Positions 57,001-64,000 of a stretch of DNA of 64,000 nt are shown piece after piece (within the stretch, counting starts at the first letter, position 1; every line of letters starts with the position of its first letter). This DNA is from Patescibacteria group bacterium (GTDB taxonomy: Bacteria > Patescibacteriota > Patescibacteriia > UBA10025 > JAHIVO01), in assembly GCA_028718605.1 (NCBI GenBank), contig JAQULM010000001.1:413719-477718 (forward strand), in the 5' to 3' direction. A model generated the notes under the pieces. The model worked only from the letters and a program-made list of their open reading frames with translations, made no database searches and was not told the origin of the DNA. Both the position numbers and the translations under genes were made by a program.

Positions 57001-57212
57001 CCCTTCATGCGGAAATACCTTGAAACGATGTCCGATGCGGTATAACCCTCCGGATGGCCGACGTGGAGCCCCTGGGCTGACGGGTATGGAAACATGTCGA
57101 GCACATACCGCTTGTCAGGTCCAGCGGCGCCCGGAGCGGCAAACAGTTTCTCCTCGTTCCACCGGCGCTGCCATTTGCGCTCTATCTTTGCATGGTTATA
57201 TTTTTCTCGCAT
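54036..57212 (-). CDS. leuS: Leucine--tRNA ligase carrying a ~210-aa Ham1/RdgB (ITPase)-like insertion
   Basis: [16 protein letters not shown] (HIGH), [32 protein letters not shown] (CP1), [13 protein letters not shown] (KMSKS). The insertion covers residues ~236-445 (nt ~55878..56507). Confidence 0.9.
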   Translation of the reverse strand: MREKYNHAKIERKWQRRWNEEKLFAAPGAAGPDKRYVLDMFPYPSAQGLHVGHPEGYTASDIVSRYFRMKGFPVLHPMGFDSFGLPAENYAIKTGTHPAVTTAKNIRNMRKQIKSLGFSYDWDREVITSDPSYYQWTQWIFLQLFKHGLAYESYAPINWCPSCKTGLANEEVVAGTCERCGTEVTKKSIKQWLVKITDERYIERLLHGLDKLDWPENIKLLQKNWIGRSEGAEVDFSVAPHPRVLAATTNPSKVVRFKKLLASIGTAPDLVTPADEHIKTIEVHEDGNLRENAEAKARAYFGKTKLPVLAVDTGLYIDGETHDPAMVRRTALGGKDESQLSRKQIMEHIIRHYSSVAKKHGGKVNAYWIDCFALVTPDGTVRFAEARRDIILTDTLHKPVDPHFPMRSLYINVATNKRPVDETEHEEVNIELKPVKDALSKLLCPVIRVFTTRPDTLFGATYMVLSPEHELVGSITTPDQKQAVEKYQTSAAKKSDLDRTDLAKEKTGVFTGAYAINPVNGAKIPIWIADYVLRSYGTGAIMAVPAHDERDAFFAEKYHLKFRHVILPKTYSQTQHYWEIFAHDAEITTQEAFRYDYQQICEGKEVPFAYTGEGTMINSGKYDGMDSVEFKKVITAWLQRQGKGKTAVNYKLRDWVFSRQRYWGEPIPIVHCEKCGHVAVPEKHLPVKLPNVKKYKPTGTGESPLAAIATWVNVKCPQCGGPAKRETNTMPQWAGSNWYWLRYCDPHNDKKLADPEKLKQWLPVDLYIGGAEHAVLHLLYARFIYKFLCDIEVIPKEFVKKNGDEPFIKLKNQGLILGEDGQKMSKSRGNVVNPDDVIKKFGADAMRMYEMFMGPFEDVKPWNTKGLIGMTRFLDRVWEWSLFLIEWYKDNPQAKNLHHGIVRQLHITIKKISEDIENFKFNTAIAQLMTYIKKVIVVNGQSYEGQSLLKREEFEIFLKLMSPFAPHIAEELWERLGHQKSIMYEQWPLYDEAKVQDEQVKFVVQVNGKVRDIVIARPDATVDQVRALALKSPKVRKYVATEPKKVVFVPGRLINFVV

Positions 57213-57470
57213 AGGTACACTAATACTATCACTCCGGGGGGTTCATTTTCAAGGGACAAAAACTTCGTCCGAACGAGTATATGATGGTGTCTTACGGCCG
57301 GCGCTTGACGCATGCCGTATGCCGTGATACTCTTTGTACTGTTTCACATTTCTACTCTACGCAGTATGTTTCGATAGTATGATGCGTAGATTTTTAAATA
57401 CCTAACCACCACCAATATTTCAGTACGGATCAAATCATTCTTAATCGGTATTCTCCTCGGGACGCTGAAA

Positions 57471-58748
57471 GTGATTATCACAATCGGGAGCGTGATTGAA
57501 TCAATCCTAGCGGGCATCGTGAAGCCGCTCCGTGGGATTGCCCGGTTTATATTCCAGCACAACCTGGTTCCGCTCTACCGCGTATACTTAAATGCAAAAA
57601 AGGTTTTCGCCACAATCTTTGCGCCGGCGAAAAACAAAATCATATACCCGCTCCTCAGCAAATCGACGATCCACGTTGTTATCGCGGTACTCGCGGTAGC
57701 CGTCATCGCAAACAACGTATTCGTCAAAGAAACTCGCGCAGAAGAATTTGGCCAGAAAACAATCCTCGCATCCATGATAACCGATACCCAGGATGCTGAT
57801 ATTGTCGAAGGCGCAATTACGGCCCAGGTGAAGGAAGCGAACTACTATCGCGACTCAGGCGTTGTACCGCTCGTCGGGCAATTCTCGCTCGACCAAACAA
57901 TCACTGGCGGAGAAGGGAACGACGAAATTCTCACGTCAGAAAGCAGTGCTGCGGTCGTGAAGCCCAACATCGCCCAGACGAAAATCGGCCAACGCCCCCG
58001 CGAACAAGTCGTATACTATATCGTTGAAGGAGGCGATACCGTCAGCTCAATCGCTCAAAAATTCGGGATCTCAACGAATACGATCCTCTGGGAAAATAAG
58101 CTCGGGCCACGGGATTACATCAAGCCGGGGAACAAACTTACGATTCTTCCTGCTTCAGGCGTTTCCCACCAGGTGCAGTCCGGAGATACCGTGGATAAAA
58201 TTGCGAAAAAATACAAAGTTGACGCAAACTCAATCCTGGAATACAACAAGCTTGCCGACGCCTCTGCCATTGAAAAGGACCAAATTCTACTCATCCCGGG
58301 AGGCACGATTGAAGCGCCAGTCGTTGTACCGTCGAACAATTATGGATCAACGCAATACAGCGGCAGCATCCCGGCAAACGCCACTCCGAGCGGAACGAAG
58401 CTGCAGTGGCCGACAACCGGGCATAAGATAAACCAGTATTACAAGTGGCGCCACCTCGCAATCGACATCGGTGGTAACTATAGCTCACCGCTCTATGCGG
58501 CAGATGACGGCCGTGTTGAAGCGTCTGGCTGGGGAACCGGCTATGGAAACCGCGTCATTGTCAACCATGGAAATGGGATAAAAACACTATATGCCCACGC
58601 GTCAAAACTCTTTGTCAACGTTGGTGACTCAGTCAAGCGCGGCCAAACAATCGGCATGATGGGATGCACCGGGTGGTGCACCGGCCCCCATATACACTTC
58701 GAGGTGATCGTCAACGGAAGCAAAGTCAACCCGCTTTCCTATCTTTAG
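57471..58748 (+). CDS. LysM-domain M23 (LytM-type) peptidoglycan endopeptidase
   Basis: N-terminal TM; two LysM motifs (YIVEGGDTVSSIAQKFGISTNTIL, HQVQSGDTVDKIAKKYKVDANSIL); M23 motifs HLAIDI...GYGNRVIVNHGNGIKTLYAH...TGPHIHFEV. Confidence 0.8.
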   Translation: MIITIGSVIESILAGIVKPLRGIARFIFQHNLVPLYRVYLNAKKVFATIFAPAKNKIIYPLLSKSTIHVVIAVLAVAVIANNVFVKETRAEEFGQKTILASMITDTQDADIVEGAITAQVKEANYYRDSGVVPLVGQFSLDQTITGGEGNDEILTSESSAAVVKPNIAQTKIGQRPREQVVYYIVEGGDTVSSIAQKFGISTNTILWENKLGPRDYIKPGNKLTILPASGVSHQVQSGDTVDKIAKKYKVDANSILEYNKLADASAIEKDQILLIPGGTIEAPVVVPSNNYGSTQYSGSIPANATPSGTKLQWPTTGHKINQYYKWRHLAIDIGGNYSSPLYAADDGRVEASGWGTGYGNRVIVNHGNGIKTLYAHASKLFVNVGDSVKRGQTIGMMGCTGWCTGPHIHFEVIVNGSKVNPLSYL

Positions 58749-58777
58749 TCGGTAACACAATAATTTTTTTGAAAAAA

Positions 58778-58801
58778 CAGGCCCTCCCTCTGGAGGGCCT
58801 G
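58778..58801 (-). terminator. Rho-independent terminator
   Basis: Perfect 10-bp stem CAGGCCCTCC-ctct-GGAGGGCCTG. It is followed by TTTTTTC on the minus strand (after the response regulator) and preceded by a T-run on the plus strand (after the LysM-M23 gene). Confidence 0.7.
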
Positions 58802-58842
58802 TTCATATGTATCAGTACAATAAACGCTTGTTCAGCGCCAGG

Positions 58843-59676
58843 CTATTTCCGCGTCGCGATCGTACTCCTGATCTTTTCAATTATTTCATCGATTGTGAAA
58901 TTCGATTTGATCAGATAATCATCCGCACCCAGCGCCCGCCCCTTTTCAACATCGGCTTCTTGGCCTAAATTTGAAAGTAAAATAATAGGGATCTTCGCGA
59001 CATCCATCCGCACATTCGTTCGGACCCTCTTCAAGATCTCAAATCCGTCAATTCCCGGCAGGATGATATCGAGAAGGACGACATCTGGCTGTTCCTTGGT
59101 AATCTTTTCGATCCCACCTGGCCCGTCAATGGCAGCAACGACATCAAAGTTTTCTTTTTCAAGTTTAGTCGTCAGTAAATCACGGAGAAACTGGTCGTCC
59201 TCAACGAGAAGCACTTTTGCTTCGGCGTTTGCCTTCTTCTGCGGATGCTGCTGTGGCTCCGGGGAGGCGGGTGCCGGTGGCTGGTTCGCTGCTGACGCAT
59301 GCCGTGCCCCGAGGAGGCTCTCAACTTTATTAATGACTTCGTCGGGGGTGAACTGGGCCTTCACGATATAATCGCGCGCCCCGAGGGTCAGCGCCTTATC
59401 GATCTCGACGGGCTGGCCTGAGTTCGAAATAATGATAACCGGTGGCATCTTGCTTTTCCCGTATTTCCGCTGAAGCTCATCAAGCACCTCGTAACCATTC
59501 ATCTTCGGCATGACGATATCGAGCAATACGAGGTCCGGAGCCGACCGCTCTAATTCTGCCAAGCCCTGCTCCCCGTCTGAGGCTGAAAAAACCACATACC
59601 CCTCCTGTTCGAGCTTTTTGGTCAAAACCTCGATCAGGATACGCTCGTCTTCAATGATGAGTATTTTTTCCTTCAT
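58843..59676 (-). CDS. Response regulator with two tandem receiver domains and no output domain
   Basis: REC1 ILIIEDERIL...DLVLLDIVMPKMNGYEV...ISNSG; a Pro/Ala-rich linker; REC2 VLLVEDDQFL...DVVLLDIILPGIDGFEI. No HTH or enzymatic C-terminal domain. Confidence 0.75.
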   Translation of the reverse strand: MKEKILIIEDERILIEVLTKKLEQEGYVVFSASDGEQGLAELERSAPDLVLLDIVMPKMNGYEVLDELQRKYGKSKMPPVIIISNSGQPVEIDKALTLGARDYIVKAQFTPDEVINKVESLLGARHASAANQPPAPASPEPQQHPQKKANAEAKVLLVEDDQFLRDLLTTKLEKENFDVVAAIDGPGGIEKITKEQPDVVLLDIILPGIDGFEILKRVRTNVRMDVAKIPIILLSNLGQEADVEKGRALGADDYLIKSNFTIDEIIEKIRSTIATRK

Positions 59677-59696
59677 AAACGTAGTAAAAGTGGATA

Positions 59697-60401
59697 TTAT
59701 TCGGTTTTGCTCTCCTCGTATCGAGCGCCCCTCTTATATATAACACCAAAAAAGATGATTAGGAAAGACAGGAGGGAAAGAATATCAGAAACCAGCGCGA
59801 CAATACGCGTCGTCGCTGAGTAATAGGTGAACGCGGTAACGGTGAGGAACACGAGGCCGATGGCGATAATCGTGGACCGTTTGCGGACAATCTGGTCCTG
59901 CGAACGGAATCCCTGGAAGAAAAAGTATACCGCGCTCGGCAAGAGCACGCCTGCAAAAACCAGTACGCTCACAATACTGACGCTTATATGAATGTTCCAG
60001 TTGGTAATGCTCGTCACTGGGTCATACTCCGGGTATCCGAAATACATGATGCTCAGGAGGACGCCAATGGCTGAAATAAAAACAACAAGCCAGAAAATCC
60101 GCTGCGCCCATTGGACTTTCACAAAAAACATCGTCACCTTCGCAAAAAACGCGACCGCAAGAAAAAGGAATGCCTGGGCGATAACAAAACCGATTCCAAC
60201 CGTCAAACTATCTTCAGGCACGGCAATCCGCGGAACCGAGAAAAAAAGATACGAAACGACCAACGATAAATACCCTTGCGCGAAAAAACGGAGGACAGGC
60301 CGGCCAGGCTCACGCTGGAAAGAACGAAACAGCAAAAAACTGCAGATGCCACAAATGACGCTGTTCAAGAAATCAATAATTGGAGTGATTGGCAAGCCCA
60401 T
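59697..60401 (-). CDS. Polytopic membrane protein (6-7 TM) encoded between the kinase and the regulator
   Basis: 234-aa ORF, hydrophobic throughout; 3-nt gap from the kinase gene. Confidence 0.45.
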   Translation of the reverse strand: MGLPITPIIDFLNSVICGICSFLLFRSFQREPGRPVLRFFAQGYLSLVVSYLFFSVPRIAVPEDSLTVGIGFVIAQAFLFLAVAFFAKVTMFFVKVQWAQRIFWLVVFISAIGVLLSIMYFGYPEYDPVTSITNWNIHISVSIVSVLVFAGVLLPSAVYFFFQGFRSQDQIVRKRSTIIAIGLVFLTVTAFTYYSATTRIVALVSDILSLLSFLIIFFGVIYKRGARYEESKTE

Positions 60402-60404
60402 ACC

Positions 60405-61934
60405 CTACATGCTCTTAATAAAATGCTCAAATGATGACCCGCGGTTCTCGGCCTGCTGGATCGGTAGGGAGAAGAAAAACGTCGTACCCTTCCCCTCCGC
60501 GCTCTCGAACCACACCTCACCGCGATGCTTCTCGATGATATTTTTCACGATAAATAAACCGAGCCCAGAGCCGTCAGTCTGCATTCGAATCACATTATCA
60601 GCACGGAAAAACTTCGAAAAAATTCTTCCCTGCTGGGACGGGGGGATCCCGACTCCGTTATCCGCAATACTGCACACCACGCGGTTTTCCTCTGCCCACA
60701 GCGTCGTGGTCACCTTGCCCCCAGACTGCGTATATTTCACTGCATTATCAAGCAAATTCTGGATCACGAGATGTATTTTCTGCGGATCAATGTTCACGCG
60801 CGGCAGCGGCTCGCCGGACTTATGATACACGAGTTTAATATTACGTTTCGCATAGACATTCATCATCTCCTGCCGGACGCTCTCAATAACTTCCTCGAGG
60901 GACATGTGCACGAAACGGTACTGGAACCTCCCTTCTTCGATACGCGATACGTTGAGGAGGTCATTAATCAGGAAAATCATGCGCTCATTCGTCTCATACC
61001 CCTTGCCGATCATCTCGCGCTGCTGGTCATTGAGGGGCCCGAGGTCTCCATCGAGAATCATTTTCAATACCCACTTCGTCGCTGAGAGCGGTGTCCGCAT
61101 CTGGTGGGAAGCAACGGATATAAACTCAGTTTTCATCTGATCAACTTCCTTCAGGCGCCGGTTGACTTTCGAATAAATTTTATTCAATCGCGCGAGTTCC
61201 TGGTTCGCCTTCAAGAGCTCGTCTTCCACGGTACCCAAGCTGCGCACGACATAGCCGCTCCGATACGTACTGATGCCCATCAGGCAAAGGGTGGTAATGG
61301 AAACCGCAAACAGGTACGTCTCGTTGCGGTAGAGCGTCTCACGCAAGACACCAACCGCATTGTGGGGCAAGATACCTCGATACTCAAGAACGACTATCGT
61401 AGTAAACACAATCCCGCCAAATACCAGGTTCAGGGGGCCGGCGATTCTGCTGAAGTGTACATTGGTACCGACGAGCTGGAGGATGTACAAGGGAAGAAAC
61501 ACGCTCTCGATGCCTCCCGTCGCATGGACAATCACTGAAATAATGATCATGTCCAGAAAAATGCCGATATACGGCCAAAATTTCGGGTAATAGATCGTGC
61601 TGTAGACGAGGCTCGAGGTCAGGTTGAAAATAAAGGCGATAGTCGCCGCGATTAGTATGCCGATGAGGTCAAACTGAAAACCGAACTCATAGCACAGGAG
61701 TGAAATGAGGCATACGACGGTTATCATGATATACCGCACTGCGACAGACCACCGCAGACGCTTCAGCTTCTCTTCCTTGCCCAAACGAAGCACTTCCCGG
61801 GCTGCGACTGCTTCATTGTACCGGGCCGCGGCACTCTGCACGCCCTCTGATTCATCGATACTTTCACTCTCAGGCGTTCGCTCAATTCCAGCTGCTGCAG
61901 TTTGTTTTTTTTCATCCATTGCCCTGTCCATCAA
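60405..61934 (-). CDS. Membrane-bound sensor histidine kinase
   Basis: ~6 N-terminal TM helices; HisKA FISVASHQMRTPLSATKWVL; HATPase_c LLDNAVKYT...DNGVGIP...GSGLGLFIVKNIIEKHRGEVW. Confidence 0.8.
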   Translation of the reverse strand: MMDRAMDEKKQTAAAGIERTPESESIDESEGVQSAAARYNEAVAAREVLRLGKEEKLKRLRWSVAVRYIMITVVCLISLLCYEFGFQFDLIGILIAATIAFIFNLTSSLVYSTIYYPKFWPYIGIFLDMIIISVIVHATGGIESVFLPLYILQLVGTNVHFSRIAGPLNLVFGGIVFTTIVVLEYRGILPHNAVGVLRETLYRNETYLFAVSITTLCLMGISTYRSGYVVRSLGTVEDELLKANQELARLNKIYSKVNRRLKEVDQMKTEFISVASHQMRTPLSATKWVLKMILDGDLGPLNDQQREMIGKGYETNERMIFLINDLLNVSRIEEGRFQYRFVHMSLEEVIESVRQEMMNVYAKRNIKLVYHKSGEPLPRVNIDPQKIHLVIQNLLDNAVKYTQSGGKVTTTLWAEENRVVCSIADNGVGIPPSQQGRIFSKFFRADNVIRMQTDGSGLGLFIVKNIIEKHRGEVWFESAEGKGTTFFFSLPIQQAENRGSSFEHFIKSM

Positions 61935-62005
61935 TGCTCAAAACGTGCTTCTATTCTACCATTTTGTTCGGACTCGCTCAAGCAATCGCGTATATAATAC
62001 AAACC

Positions 62006-62026
62006 CGGGCAGGGAGGTCCCGGGTT
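62006..62026 (-). terminator. Candidate intrinsic terminator
   Basis: CCCGGG-n9-CCCGGG palindrome followed on the minus strand by TTTGTATT, just downstream of 62054..62587. Confidence 0.35.
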
Positions 62027-62053
62027 GGTTAAGAGAGTTGTGGCGTGATGTAA

Positions 62054-62587
62054 TCACGACGTAACGTGTTGTTGCAGCACACGCCTCGTCCCGAGATAGC
62101 TCGAGACAAGCACGATAGCAACAACGAGGGCTACGGCGCTTCCCATTCCTGACAGATTCACGGTGTACCCTTTCGGAAGGTACCAGACGAGCCAAATGCC
62201 TGCCATACAGGCTGCAACCAGGCTGAGGTACAATCCGATCGCTCGAACTTCGCCGATCCACCAGCAGCGCTGCCTGAAAATGCTCTGCAGATACTCAGCA
62301 CAAGTTTCCTCGCACACGTAGACGGTCATCGTATAATTGGCCCACAGGATCCCAAACGATCCGATAACCATCAAGTACGTTGCTTTCGTGTTGGTGAACA
62401 ACTGCGCTTCCACAAAAGCAACAGCTGTGCCGAACAACAGCAGTAAGAGAGCATACCGGCGGTTTCTGAAAAAACCTACAACAGTAACAACGATGAACAG
62501 GAACAACCAGACGATTAACTCGCCGATTCCGATGTCATCCGATTCTGGATCCCCCGGATCCTCAGTGGCTAACCGGCCATCTTCCAT
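62054..62587 (-). CDS. Hypothetical small membrane protein
   Basis: 177 aa, 4-5 TM helices. Confidence 0.4.
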   Translation of the reverse strand: MEDGRLATEDPGDPESDDIGIGELIVWLFLFIVVTVVGFFRNRRYALLLLLFGTAVAFVEAQLFTNTKATYLMVIGSFGILWANYTMTVYVCEETCAEYLQSIFRQRCWWIGEVRAIGLYLSLVAACMAGIWLVWYLPKGYTVNLSGMGSAVALVVAIVLVSSYLGTRRVLQQHVTS

Positions 62588-62693
62588 GATTCCTCCACGG
62601 TTTTCTATCTAGGGTTTACAATTTTCATTCTCGATGAACGATGTCTGTATATATATTTGATGATTGCCACATTACTCCCGCGAAGAGAGAATG

Positions 62694-64000
62694 TCAACCT
62701 GCCTGCGACCGGTACTGGAGTGCCTCAGCGACAGCGGCGGCTGAAATCAATTCCTCGGAACTGATGTCCGCGATTGTCCGGGCAACCTTAATGATCCGAT
62801 GGTACGTTCGTCCGGACAAATAAAAATGGTTCACAGCATCTTTGAGCAGCGCTTCGGCTTCGGACGTTAATCTACAAAACTCCCCGATGTGCCGCACCGA
62901 CATTTCTGCGTTGACGACCAGGTGTGCCTGCAACAGCCGATCGCGCTGGATATCCCGCGCACGCACGACCCGCTCGCGGATGCGCTCTGATGTTTCACCC
63001 GCGCTGCTCGCTGCGATTTTCTCATAGGGCAACCGCGGAACATGGATATGGATATCGATCCGGTCCAGGAGCGGGCCTGATATTTTTTTCTGGTATTTCA
63101 GGATATTCTGAGGCGAACACGTACAGGCGCGCTGTGGATCGTTATAGTAGCCGCACGGGCACGGGTTGCGCGCCGCGATGAGCGTAAACCGCGCGGGAAA
63201 CTGGACAGACCCCGCAGCCCGCGACACCGTAATACGGCCATCTTCCAATGGCTGGCGCAAACTCTCGAGCACGTGCCGTGAAAATTCAGCAAATTCGTCG
63301 AGGAATAGAACGCCGCGGTGTGCGAGCGACACCTCCCCGGGCTTCGGGAAGCTCCCGCCGCCGACCAACGCGACTGATGACGTCGTATGGTGGGGCGAAC
63401 GGAACGGCCGCTGCTCGATGATTGACGCTGAATCCAGCAACAAGCCTGCGACAGAATAAATCTTGGTCACTTCAAGCGACTCATCAAACTGCATTGGCGG
63501 AAAAATGCTCGGCATTGTCCGTGCAAGCAATGTCTTGCCTGAGCCCGGCGGCCCGGTCATCAGCACATTGTGCCCGCCGGCAGCAGCAATCTCGAGCGCG
63601 CGCTTGGCTTGCTCCTGCCCGCGGATGAATGCCATATCCTGGGAGCATTCAGCGGCAGGGGTATATTTTGAGGGCGGGGACGTATATGGTTGGATGGGAT
63701 CGCCGCCACGCAAATGGAAAACAAGCTGCGACAAGCTTCGCACCGGGTACACCATGATGCCATGAACCAACGCCGCTTCTGCTGCATTGCGTTCGGGCAC
63801 GTAGAATTCACGAATACGCTGTTCTTTCACGAGTGCCGCGATCGACAGCACGCCGCTGACCGGCCGTACCGTACCGTCGAGCGACAATTCACCGATAAAT
63901 AATTTCCCCTTCAACGGCTGGCGAGTACCGATCTCGCCATACGCGGCGATAATGGCGACCGCTATGGGCAGATCGTAACTTGGTCCCTCTTTTCGCAGGT
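62694..64000 (-). CDS. comM: Mg-chelatase-like AAA+ protein ComM/YifB (N-terminus lies beyond the window end)
   Basis: GELSLDG.LRPV.G, Walker A LMTGPPGSGKT, VLFLDEFAEF, CPCGYYNDPQRACTCSPQNILKYQKKISGPLLDRIDIH. The frame stays open to position 64000 (…FDLPIAVAIIAAYGEIGTRQP). Confidence 0.85.
   Translation of the reverse strand, partial: LRKEGPSYDLPIAVAIIAAYGEIGTRQPLKGKLFIGELSLDGTVRPVSGVLSIAALVKEQRIREFYVPERNAAEAALVHGIMVYPVRSLSQLVFHLRGGDPIQPYTSPPSKYTPAAECSQDMAFIRGQEQAKRALEIAAAGGHNVLMTGPPGSGKTLLARTMPSIFPPMQFDESLEVTKIYSVAGLLLDSASIIEQRPFRSPHHTTSSVALVGGGSFPKPGEVSLAHRGVLFLDEFAEFSRHVLESLRQPLEDGRITVSRAAGSVQFPARFTLIAARNPCPCGYYNDPQRACTCSPQNILKYQKKISGPLLDRIDIHIHVPRLPYEKIAASSAGETSERIRERVVRARDIQRDRLLQAHLVVNAEMSVRHIGEFCRLTSEAEALLKDAVNHFYLSGRTYHRIIKVARTIADISSEELISAAAVAEALQYRSQAG

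Noticed and set aside
1-64000. CRISPR arrays, rRNA, tRNA, transposases or integrases
   Set aside because: No regularly spaced direct repeats, no IS-type inverted terminal repeats and no DDE or tyrosine-recombinase motifs were seen in any frame. The only duplications are the two local repeats reported.

Overview
This 64-kb window looks like a compact bacterial chromosome segment with three accessory blocks between housekeeping genes. Lineage is an inference only: tightly packed, often overlapping genes, giant surface proteins and a T4SS-like module suggest a reduced-genome, possibly episymbiotic organism of the CPR/Patescibacteria kind. Housekeeping genes I can support from motifs: recG 3' end (2..583), radA, rsmA/ksgA, an MFS transporter, tsaC, leuS, a LysM-M23 peptidase, a histidine kinase/tandem-receiver two-component operon, and comM running off the window end. 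Block A (about 2.0-11.2 kb, minus strand) is a type-IV-secretion-like module: a VirB4/TrsE-type ATPase, a PrgI/VirB3-like membrane protein, two Cys-rich secreted proteins sharing a pilin-like hydrophobic hairpin (one fused to a lytic-transglycosylase domain), plus bitopic and Pro-rich proteins. Block B (11.2-29.7 kb) is the most unusual part. It holds a stand-alone PEP-synthase/PPDK N-terminal ATP-grasp protein, six paralogous ~510-550 aa proteins that each end in a PEP-utilizing-enzyme phospho-histidine swivel domain behind divergent helical N-terminal domains, two HAD-fold proteins with non-canonical DxN/DxA motif I, and three or four histidine-phosphatase-fold proteins. I interpret it as a split, combinatorial rifampin-phosphotransferase/PEP-synthase-like phosphotransfer system. 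Block C (29.8-51.3 kb) is a roughly 21-kb minus-strand operon with a near-consensus promoter and an intrinsic terminator. It encodes a Ca-binding membrane protein, a 3589-aa Cys-rich secreted giant protein with dockerin-like and PKD-like modules, a 2082-aa VirB6/TrbL-like polytopic giant protein, a 453-aa protein and a 676-aa paralog of the giant protein's middle region. LeuRS carries a ~210-aa Ham1/RdgB (ITPase)-like insertion at the catalytic-core/CP1 junction. I could run no database searches; every call rests on motifs read directly from the ORF translations and sequence.
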